A stretch of DNA of 53,900 nucleotides from Nemertoderma westbladi (taxonomy: Eukaryota; Animalia; Xenacoelomorpha). Of the stretch, positions 24,927-34,208 are shown in pieces. Numbering within the stretch: the first letter of the stretch is position 1; the number at the start of each line of letters is the position of its first letter. The notes under the pieces were generated by a model. It ran no database searches. It saw only the letters and a list, made by a program, of their open reading frames with translations, and was not told the DNA's origin. The translations under genes and the position numbers were made by a program. The stretch covers positions 1-53,900 of the forward strand of contig JAUCBJ010008310.1 in the NCBI GenBank assembly GCA_032718475.1, given 5' to 3'.

Positions 24927-25274
24927 AAAAATTATGTTTTGAATAGATAGATAGATAGATTTATTTATACATTATGTAAAAACAATAACAAATACACCAA
25001 ACAATGTATCGGTATAAAGGTATTGTCCAACATAACATATAGGATTACCCCTAAAGCTTTGCAGCTTATTTCCAAGGGGGTCCTTTATGTTACTTGGTTA
25101 CAAATACAATATTACACTACGCTAACCTAAAACCAATATAAAACGTAATTACACTATGTACATGTACAACTTTACCGAGAGCGTGACAATGCCCGACTCA
25201 ACGATAAAGATGTAATGTACAGAACAATTTATTATAAAACGTATTTACAGCATAAATAGTAAATAATTAATAAA

Positions 25275-27482
25275 CTAATAACTTACTGTAGGACTATTGT
25301 ACCTATTTTTACATTGCACACGGAGATGAGATTTAACTGCAGATTTAAAAGAATGTTGATTATTTAGGTTTTTAATTTCATTAGGCAGAGCGTTCCAATT
25401 TTTTATGCCGTTAAAAAAGAAAGTATCAGATTCAAAGGATTTACAATTCGGGAGGTAGAAGTTTGAAGCACTAGCTCTGGTACTGTAAGAGTGTGTATCG
25501 CGTACTCTGTTGAATTTTTGTTTTAGGTAATTGGGACATTTACCATTATACACTTTATGCACATGGTTAAGGCGTAGCTGCTTAACTCTACTATCTAAGT
25601 TAAGTAGTCCAGATTCAGAAAAGTCATCTGGAGTTAGGTGGTGCCTAGGTTTGTAGTCTTTAATAAATCGTACTACTTTATTCTGAGCTACTTGTAATTT
25701 ACATTTAAGCTGTTTGGTTAAGCCTTCATACCAAGAAGAGCAAGCATAGTCCATGTGACACTGTATTAAAGAAGAGCAAAGTAACTTGCGGGAGTCGGTG
25801 TTTAAACTATTTTTATTTCTGTATAGAAACCTAAGCCTACTGTTAACTTTCGAGAAAATATTTTTCACTGTACTTTCTCCTGATAAGCAGTTATCCAATG
25901 TGGCGCCTAAATATTTAACTTCCTTTTTATTTTCAATCTTATGTCCATTACTAGTGACTTCAAACTTAGTTACCTTCTTCAACTTTCTTTTGGAACCAAA
26001 CAAAATACTTTCAGTTTTACCGTAGTGAATGGATAGCTTATTATCAACCAACCACTCATTACAGGATTCTAGAACTGCACTTAACTTTTGGGAAATATGG
26101 ATAGGATCTTTATGAGAGAAAATAAGAGCACTGTCGTCGGCATATAAAATGAGTTTAAAATCGGGATCTATACTACTTATCATATCATTTACATAGCATA
26201 CAAAAAGTAGAGGACCTAATATACTACCTTGCGGTACACCACAGGTAATCTCTTGTACAGTAGACTGCGATTTGCTAATGACTACAGTTTGACCTCTGTC
26301 TGACAGGTAGGACTTGAACCAGTCTATAGAACCTACACCCATCAGGCCTAACTTACCAAGCAGAATTTCGTGATCTACAGTATCGAAAGCCTTTTGTAGG
26401 TCCAACATTACCATACCAGTATATAAACCCTTTGCGTTATTACATCTAATTGTATCAGTTAAGCTAATAAGGCAGGTGTCTGTAGAATATGATTTACGAA
26501 AACCGGACTGAAGTTCATAGATCAGATTTAGCCTACTAAGATGTACCTCCAGCTGTAGAAAAACAGAACGTTCTAGAATTTTAGATACAATACTTAAGAT
26601 ACTAACAGGTCTGTAATTACAGGGTTCTACTTTACTATTCTTTTTATACAGAGGAACAACCTTAGCTAATTTCAGTTCGTCTGGTACTACATTATCTACG
26701 ATAGAGTAATTAATAATAAAAGTAATAGGCACTTTAAGTACTACAGCACCATCCTTAAGAAAACGGGCAGGTATTAGATCTAGACCGGTACTTTTTGAGG
26801 CTGATAGGCTAAGTAGATTTTTAAAAACGAAATCCTCAGAAACGGGTTTTAAAAATAACTTTTCTGAATTTTGTAACTTTTCTAAATAAAAATTATTTAG
26901 AGTTTCGGACCCTATACTATATTTATTACTTGATAACGGTAATTTCTTAACTAAATTAGAGGCAACATTAGTAAAATAATTATTAAATAAATTACTAACT
27001 AGAGTATGATCATGAATCAGCTCACCGTTATCTTGCAGAACAATATTCGATTTAGATTTAAGGTTTTTATAACCTAAAGATTTTAGGGTAGACCATAGAC
27101 TTTTTGGATTATCTTTATTCTCACTTATTTTGTTGTACAAATATTCAGATTTAGCTTTTTTTATTTCCCGTTGGACAAGGTTTCTATATTTGCAGTAATT
27201 ATTATAATCAGCTAAAACACGGTATTTCCTAAATTTATACAAATAGTTATCTCTTTCTCTGATATTACTAAGAATACCCGAGGTCATCCAGGGCTCAGTG
27301 CGTTGTTTAAGACTAATTTCTTTAATTGGTGCTACAGTATTAAGTGCCTTTAAAAATATATCTTTAAAAACAGTGTACGCAAGGTTAATGTCAGCGGCCT
27401 TAAAACAGGGTTCCCAGTCAGAATTAACTAACAAACTTAAAAAGCGTTCCTTGCTGTAATTTTTCATAGACCTAACTGTTAC
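25275..27482 (-). CDS. Host LINE ORF, 3' part: reverse transcriptase and C-terminal domain
   Basis: Motifs [42 protein letters not shown] and KYLG, plus the CR1/L2-type C-terminus 'HSYSTR...WNALP..IK...SFK'. No internal stops. Confidence 0.93.
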   Translation of the reverse strand, partial: VTVRSMKNYSKERFLSLLVNSDWEPCFKAADINLAYTVFKDIFLKALNTVAPIKEISLKQRTEPWMTSGILSNIRERDNYLYKFRKYRVLADYNNYCKYRNLVQREIKKAKSEYLYNKISENKDNPKSLWSTLKSLGYKNLKSKSNIVLQDNGELIHDHTLVSNLFNNYFTNVASNLVKKLPLSSNKYSIGSETLNNFYLEKLQNSEKLFLKPVSEDFVFKNLLSLSASKSTGLDLIPARFLKDGAVVLKVPITFIINYSIVDNVVPDELKLAKVVPLYKKNSKVEPCNYRPVSILSIVSKILERSVFLQLEVHLSRLNLIYELQSGFRKSYSTDTCLISLTDTIRCNNAKGLYTGMVMLDLQKAFDTVDHEILLGKLGLMGVGSIDWFKSYLSDRGQTVVISKSQSTVQEITCGVPQGSILGPLLFVCYVNDMISSIDPDFKLILYADDSALIFSHKDPIHISQKLSAVLESCNEWLVDNKLSIHYGKTESILFGSKRKLKKVTKFEVTSNGHKIENKKEVKYLGATLDNCLSGESTVKNIFSKVNSRLRFLYRNKNSLNTDSRKLLCSSLIQCHMDYACSSWYEGLTKQLKCKLQVAQNKVVRFIKDYKPRHHLTPDDFSESGLLNLDSRVKQLRLNHVHKVYNGKCPNYLKQKFNRVRDTHSYSTRASASNFYLPNCKSFESDTFFFNGIKNWNALPNEIKNLNNQHSFKSAVKSHLRVQCKNRYNSPTVSY

Positions 27483-29044
27483 CTGGAGAAAAAGGTGGAC
27501 GTTACACACAGAGTACATCTAAGGCGCATAGTGGATAACGAGAGGCAGTGGGGACGCCGGAACCTTATCGTAATGAACATTAAAGAATCACGTAACGAGG
27601 ATTTAAAGCAGGTTGCTCATAACTTTTTGAGAAAAGATCTCGGGATCACGGAGCGACTAGGTGTTGATCGTGTTTCGAGGCAAGGTATGTTCAAGCGCGG
27701 TTCCACCCGGCCTATAAAAATTGAATTTACAAATATGACTGACAAATATACAGCATTGGACGCCAAGGACTGAAGGAGCAACTAATTGGCTCAGAGTATC
27801 GAATGGTGGATGATTACCCCCCTGAACTGAGATCACAGAGAGCAATTCTTTTCCGCTTATCCAGACAAGCTAAAGAGATGGGGCTTATTGCACGAGTATC
27901 AGGTAACGTTTTGAAACTGACTAATTTTTCAGTTAGTGGTTGGGACATAATCGATTCTCCTAATATTAATATCAGGACACTGCTCGACAGGCACTCCCCT
28001 GGACGAGCACGGGAGCCATCCCATCCCGATAGGAATCTATACAGGTCGCATGAGCAGGTTTCGAGAGGTCTGGACATCCATCCTAATACGAGATTTCGAT
28101 ACCAGGTAAACCTGCCAACCAGTGGGGGTGAACAACTGGGAAGCAATGAGGTTGAGGAATATGATAGGAGACGAGCGGATGAGAGAAATCCGTGGGAGAC
28201 AGAACGGCGGCAGGAAGAGTGGAAGCGTGGAGAGGAAGAGCGACGGCGGGCGGAGGTACGGAAGCGTGGAGAGGAAGAACGATGGCGGGCGGAGGAACGG
28301 AAGCGTGAAGAGGAAGAGCGACGGCGGGCGGAGGAACGGAAGCGTGGAGAGGAAGAACGATGGCGGGCGGAGGAACGGAAGCGTGAAGAGGAAGAGCGAC
28401 GGTGGGCGGAGGAACAGAAGCGTGGAGAGGAAGAGCGGCGGCGGGCGGAGGAACGGAAGCGAGGAGAGGAAGAGCGACGGCGGGCGGAGGAACTGAAGCG
28501 TAGAGAGGAAGAGCGACGGCGGGCAGAGGAACGGAAGCGTGGAGAGGAGGAGCGACGGCGGGCAGAGGAACGGAAGCGTGGAGAGGAGGAGCGACGGTGG
28601 GCGGAAGAACAGAAGCGTGGAGAGGAAGAGCGACGGCGGGCGGAGGAATGGAAGCGTGGAGAGGAAGAGCGATGGCGGGCGGAGGAACGGAAGCGTGAAG
28701 AGGAAGAGCGACGGCGGGCGGAGGAACGGAAGCGTAGAGAGGAAGAGCGACGGCGGGCGGAGGAACGGAAGCATGGAGAGGAAGAGCGACGGCGGGTGGA
28801 GGGGCCACAATTGGGTTGCCCAGATGCAGCTCAGGCCTCGCCTATTGGTTCTGAGCTGCAGTCAGCCCCAAATCGGGAAGGTATGGCTGAGTTGGTATCA
28901 GACCGAGTGGGGGTTGACTCTGTGGATCCTCAGCACACCCCGGTAATAATTATACAGCGGGGTACAGGCGGAGATGATCAGACTTGGCGAATCCGGGAAA
29001 GTGCGGGGGATTTCCAGCCCGAACAGGAAACTCAAACAGGCTGA
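27483..29044 (+). pseudogene. ORF1 of the nested LINE (L1-ORF1/Transposase_22-like RRM + CTD, then E/R-rich repeat); frameshift near 27769
   Basis: Motifs 'RRNLIVMNIKE', 'DRVSRQG...RPIKIEF' and 'DDYPPELRSQRAIL...AKEMG'. The frame switches at ...GCCAAGGA/CTGAAGGAGCAA (continuing LKEQLIGSEYRMVDDYP). Confidence 0.8.
28223..28807 (+). repeat. 39-bp coding tandem repeat, 15 copies (KRGEEERRRAEER)
   Basis: Fifteen 13-aa units counted in the ORF1 frame, all in frame. Confidence 0.95.
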
Positions 29045-29091
29045 ACCCAGAACTAAAAGTTGAGCCGCCAAAAGCAGGGACTGATAAAAAT

Positions 29092-32000
29092 ATGCTGAAG
29101 GTTGGCTTGCTAAACATAGAAGGTATAAATACGGCGATTGCCGATCCTGACTTCTGTCAAACAATTAAAAAACATGACATTTTCGTTTGTGTGGAAACTT
29201 GGCAGGCCCCAAACAATCCTCGTGATATTGGCATTGGGGGATATAAGGATTTTAGTGTTTGTAGGAAATATAAACATAGATATGCTAAAAGATACAATGG
29301 GGGTGTAACTGTTTATATATCTGAAGCGCTCGGTAATGAAGTTGCGATTCTGAATAACGTGACAAGTGAAGATTTATTATGGCTTAAATTTGTAGGTAAA
29401 CCGAACTCAAGAATACATAAGGATTTAATTATCTGTGCTGCGTATATTCCACCTCATAATTCTCCTAGCTATTTTAATGATTCTGGTTGTTTGTTTGATA
29501 AAATTCTAGAAGGTGTTTCTTTATACCAGAATGTTGATACTACTGATTTTTTAATAGTTGGAGATTTAAATGCAAGAACTGGTGTGCTATTAGATTATGT
29601 CTGTCATGATTCTTTGTTTACTGGTTTTAATGATTTATTACCCGATGAATACGTTTTTGATGATAATGATTGGCCAAATGATACTAAGATCCGTTCCAAT
29701 AGGGATTCGATTACTAACAGACATGGTGAGAAATTGATTTCTCTCTGTCGGTCTAGCAACTTAAAGATATTAAATGGTCGTGTGGGAGCGGATAAGGGTG
29801 TAGGTAACTTTACATATTATAGTGACGGAGGGAGGCATGGGGTTCGTAAGTCTACAATAGATTACTTTTTGGGTAATATTTCAATGATCACGGCCTGCAA
29901 ATATTTTAGTATAGGCGACCCCAACAGTTTATCGCCTCATTGTACCGTATCAGCCGCTTTCAACATTAGTGGCAGTGAATATTTCTGTTGCAGTGAATCT
30001 TATGATAATAGAACCAATGTTACTGCTGGTAAGTTAGCCAATAGCCGAAAATACAAATTTCTGCAAACAAAAAGTGGGGACTTTAGAGATGCATTAAACT
30101 CAGAAGCAACACAGCTGGAATTTGACAAGGTGTTGGACAATGTCTTATGTATGGAACCGCTTACCTGCAGTAAGGTTGATGCTGCCGTAACGGGGTTTAC
30201 CGATATTTTAAGTAATGCAGCCGATATTTATTTTAAAGTTGATAATAATGGTGTTTACCGTGCCTGTAATAATGCCCCTTGGTTTAATGAAAACTGTGCG
30301 GTAGCTAGAGATGCCTTTAGGCAGGCACTGGGAAGCTTTAAGAATAAGGGTGATGCAACGTCGAACGCTGCTATGGTGAAAATGAGGACCCAATACAGGA
30401 AGGTACTTCGTAAAGCTCGTTTTGACTTTAATTGTGGGAGGTCGGACAAGTTGCGGAAATTTAAAATTGTAGACTCAAAAAAATTCTGGAAACTATTAAG
30501 GCAGAGTTGCCAGGGTTCAAGTAGCCCACAGCAATCTCCAATAAGTGCGGAGGTATTTGCGTCCCATTTTAGGGCGCTGAATGAGGAAGGATCGAACTTT
30601 GTGGATATGGACGTTGTTGGGCTGCCTCCTAATAATAATAATAATGACTTTGCTTTAGCCAAACATATTTTTGAAAATTATATCTGTACGCCTTTGGAGG
30701 AGGAGGAGGTTGCCACGACTATCAATAGGTTACGTAGTAATAAAGCACCGGGTTTTGATGGTATTTTAAACGAATTTTTCATAGTGGGGGCGGAAACTTT
30801 AGTCCCAGTTGTTACGAGCATATTTAATGCAGCCCTCCATTGTGGTTATTTCCCAGACAGTTGGACTACTGGTATAATCACACCCATCTACAAAAATAAA
30901 GGTACAAGGTTAGACTCTAACAACTATAGAGGTATAACTTTGTTAAGTGCATTTGGTAAATTATTTACGCTTATATTAAACGGACGACTCCAATGGTGGG
31001 CTGAGGGGTTTGCGATAATAATTGAAGCTCAAGCTGGGTTTCGAGGTGGTCGTTCTACAGTAGATCAGATTTTTATTTTGAAAACAATTATTGATAATTT
31101 TATAGGTAAACGTGTTAAGATTTATTGTGCATTTATTGACCTAAGAAAAGCGTTTGATTGTGTAGATAGAAGTGCTTTATGGGTAAAACTAAGGAGGCTT
31201 GGTTTTTCAGGAAAAGTCTTTAATGTAATAAAAAGTATGTACAGTGCAGTTAAATCACGAGTACGTGTAGATGGGGAACTTTCTGGTGAGTTTATATGTT
31301 GGTTGGGCGTGAGGCAGGGCGAATGTCTTAGTCCATTGTTATTTAATCTATTTTTAAATGATTTAGAATCTGAATTGGCTGCAAATGGTATTCAAGGTAT
31401 CTCAATTGGCACATTTAAACTTTTAATGTTGTTGTATGCCGATGACATTGTGCTGATGGCAAACTCAGTTAATGATTTACAACATGCATTTGATATATTG
31501 GGTAGTTATTGTGATTATTGGTCTCTTACGGTTAACCTTGACAAATCTAACGTTGTTGTATTTAGGAAAGGGGGACAAGTGGCCTCCCATGAAAAATGGA
31601 AATATAAGGGTCATAATGTTAAAGTGGTGGGTGAATATATGTATCTGGGAGTATTATTTACTTGTGGGGGCAGCTTTGCCTGCGCTCAGAAAAATCTGGC
31701 TAACAAAGGGGAAAAAGCTAATTTTTCGTTAACAAAGTATTTGGCTAATTTTCCCACCACGGATTTCATTACGGCTTGTGATTTGTTTAATGCATTAGTT
31801 AAGCCAATTTTGACATATGGTTGCGAAGTTTGGGGTTTTTGTTCATCAGTTGATACAGAACGTGTCTTATTAAAATTCCTAAAGAACCGCCTTGGAGTGA
31901 AGGTAACAACCCCAAACTTCATGGTTTACGGTGTATCTGGCATTTTTCCGCTAGAAATTGAAAGATACTGTAGGATTATAAAGTATTGGTTAAAGTTACT

Positions 32001-32651
32001 AAGGTGCAATGACACTAGATTAGTTAAACAGGCCTATATTTTGCAATTGAACGAACTAAATACTGGTAGAACAGGGGATGGTGGAAATTGGGCTATCTCG
32101 GTGCGTAATTTACTAAATAATCTGGGATTTACTTGGGCGTGGGAAAGACCCGGGGACATATTAAATGAGAGGAAATTCATTCTAAATGTTCGTGAACGAT
32201 TATATGCACAGTTCGTACAGGGTTGGTGGGGTGCCATCGAGCGGTCGCCGAAGTGTATGCTCTATAGCAAAAGGGATTTCAGTTTGGAGAATAACCTATC
32301 TATGTTGAGAGGTCACGCAGGTCTTAGTAGGTTGATTTCCAGGTTCAGGTGTTCGTCACATGCACTTCTGATCGAGAGCGGCCGGTGGTATAAAATACCC
32401 AGGGAATCGAGAATATGCCCGGTTTGTAATAAAAATGATGGGAGGATGAATATCATTTTTTGTTGGTGTGTGATGGTTATCGAGATCTGCGCATGAAGTA
32501 CTTCTCTGGGCGCTACAATGTGAATCCTACTATATTGAAATACCATGAGCTAATGGGGGCAACTACCAGGGAAAAACTACTAAAGTTAGGTCGTTACCTT
32601 AACGAGGCTTTTCGCGTTAGGGAGAACATTATGCAATGTCGTTCCATATAA
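29092..32651 (+). CDS. ORF2 of the nested LINE: APE endonuclease + RT + C-terminal CCHC zinc knuckle (one frameshift near 32440)
   Basis: APE motifs 'LNIEG', 'VETW', 'GDLNAR' and 'IDY'. RT motifs 'NYRGITL', 'QAGFR', 'DLRKAFD', 'GVRQGECLSPLLF' and 'YADD'. The zinc knuckle CPVC...EDEYHFLLVC is split by the frameshift. The frame is open from 28984 and the first ATG is at 29092. Confidence 0.9.
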
Positions 32652-32858
32652 TATTCATATCAATTATTTTTGTGGGAATTATACAGTATGTGCTTTCGTC
32701 AGTTTATTTTTCAAACCAAACATTTATTTTTTATATTAGTAGATTTCTTTTGTGTTTATTATTTCCTTATAGTTACTTGTGCAGTTAATTGTGCGGTCAC
32801 TAATAGCCTTAATTGGTTGATGTGCTTATTATACAATTATACAATTCCTTATTGTTAC

Positions 32859-33570
32859 TGTTTTATGATCCCCGAAAAAAGATTTTTGTGTCTTTCTTGT
32901 GCAAACAACTATAAAATGATCGCTTAGACCTATAGGTAAAACCCCAGATTGAGAAATAATATCGGTATTATTACAAAGGATATGATCTAGTAAAGTAGAA
33001 GTTTTACTGGTAATTCTGGTAGAATCTCGAATAATTTGTTTTAAACCAAACAAATTTAAAATACTTTGGTACTGTTTACAGATGGGGGATGCTTTGTGAT
33101 GGTAACAGATATTAAAATCACCTAAGAAATATATTTCACAGTCTGACCTAAGATTACATAAAATTGTATTTTCAAAATTTTGCAAAAAATCTGATTGTTT
33201 AGGGGGCCGATATAAAGCACCGATTAAAATAGGTTTAGTTTTAGAAAGTAAAAGTTCCACCAGTAAAACTTCGTCACAAGTCTCTAAATCTTCCCTACGA
33301 TTAAAAGCTAAATCACATCGAATGTAAGTACAGACACCACCACCGTGTCTGTCCCTATCCTTACGTAAATCTACGTAATTATCAATATAAATTTCTCCAT
33401 CAGAAACACTATCATCGAGCCAAGTTTCAGAGATTGTTAAAACTGCTGGGTTGGATTTATTGATTAAAATACGAATTTCGGAAAGTTTTGGAAGCAGAGA
33501 TCGTGCGTTTAAGTGCAAAAAATGCAGACCTTTTTTCTTAAAAAAATTAAAAGTTTCACTCTCAGCATCA
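32859..33570 (-). CDS. Host LINE ORF, middle part: APE endonuclease
   Basis: Motifs 'GLHFLHLNARSL', 'ISETWL', 'RHGGGV', 'YRPP', 'GDFN', 'LLDHI' and 'GLSDH'. Confidence 0.92.
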
Positions 33571-34155
33571 CTCAGTCACTTGGAGTTTGCAGAGGGATGT
33601 GAGAAATGAATCGTCGGTTTCTGATTCTAAAATTGTATCATGAAAGGGAAGTTCGGTAAAAATACAGCTATTGCAGAGAAAACTTGGTTCAAGATTGTTT
33701 CTGGTGGAGAATAAATTACTGCGTTTCCTACGGTAACATTTTAAATGTACAAATGTGTCACAACTCTCGCATTGGACGATCTTACTCCGAGAGTTTGTTC
33801 CTCGTTGACAGACGGGACAGTTGATCTTCGGGGCCCGCGTCCTGCTGGGTCCTGGGTTGGTCTCAATATCCCCAGCCAGAGACAGTAGACAGAGTTTAGC
33901 GATTAGGCCTCTAGATCGTGGAGAGGAGACCCAAGATCTTCTTCCTCGACGAGAGCAGTAGAGGCTAAATCCACTCGTCGACCACATCTCCGTCGATTCG
34001 GCGCGGCAGTTCGAAACGGTAGCGACAGGGTGTTCCGCAAACCAGTCCAATACGGGTATTGGGTGGGTTGCAGGGTTACCCCGCGGATCGGATGGTTCTG
34101 CCACAACGAAACGACCCAGAACGATGAAAACTGTGGAGATTAAGAGCGGGGACAT
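33568..34155 (-). CDS. Host LINE ORF, 5' part: hydrophobic leader, 2A-like StopGo peptide, PHD finger
   Basis: Leader MSPLLISTVFIVLGRFVVA; LIAKLCLLSLAGDIETNPGP; C4HC3 pattern CPVC...CESC...HLKC...CNSC. It is frameshifted relative to APE around 33570-33600. Confidence 0.88.
   Translation of the reverse strand: MSPLLISTVFIVLGRFVVAEPSDPRGNPATHPIPVLDWFAEHPVATVSNCRAESTEMWSTSGFSLYCSRRGRRSWVSSPRSRGLIAKLCLLSLAGDIETNPGPSRTRAPKINCPVCQRGTNSRSKIVQCESCDTFVHLKCYRRKRSNLFSTRNNLEPSFLCNSCIFTELPFHDTILESETDDSFLTSLCKLQVTE
33847..33909 (-). other. 2A-like (StopGo/ribosome-skipping) sequence
   Basis: Exact D(V/I)ExNPGP consensus (DIETNPGP, 33847-33870), preceded by G and a Leu-rich helix. Confidence 0.85.
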
Positions 34156-34208
34156 TGTGCTGTCTGGCTGTAGTCTGACTCAGGGATAAAAACTGTATAG
34201 GCCTAGTA

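Larger units (their letters stand above)
27483..32846 (+). mobile_element. 5'-truncated RTEX-like LINE nested in the host LINE, in the opposite orientation
   Basis: Contains ORF1, ORF2, a T-rich 3' UTR and a TTATACAA tandem tail. It is flanked by the imperfect 12-bp direct repeat CCTAACTGTTAC (27471-27482) / CCTTATTGTTAC (32847-32858). The host ORF is continuous across the junction ([14 protein letters not shown]). Confidence 0.88.
24943..34190 (-). mobile_element. Near-full-length CR1-group LINE (L2/Crack/Daphne-like): leader-2A-PHD-APE-RT, split by a nested LINE
   Basis: ORF pieces are 33568-34155 (leader, DIETNPGP, PHD), 32859-33570 (APE) and 25275-27482 (RT). The 3' UTR has a stem-loop at 25042-25083, AATAAA at 24960-24965 (minus) and a (TCTA)n tail. 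The 5' boundary is approximate. Confidence 0.9.

Noticed and set aside
28037-28810. Pro/Leu-rich antisense ORFs and alternative-frame ORFs
   Set aside because: They are shadows of the 39-bp repeat in ORF1 of the nested LINE.
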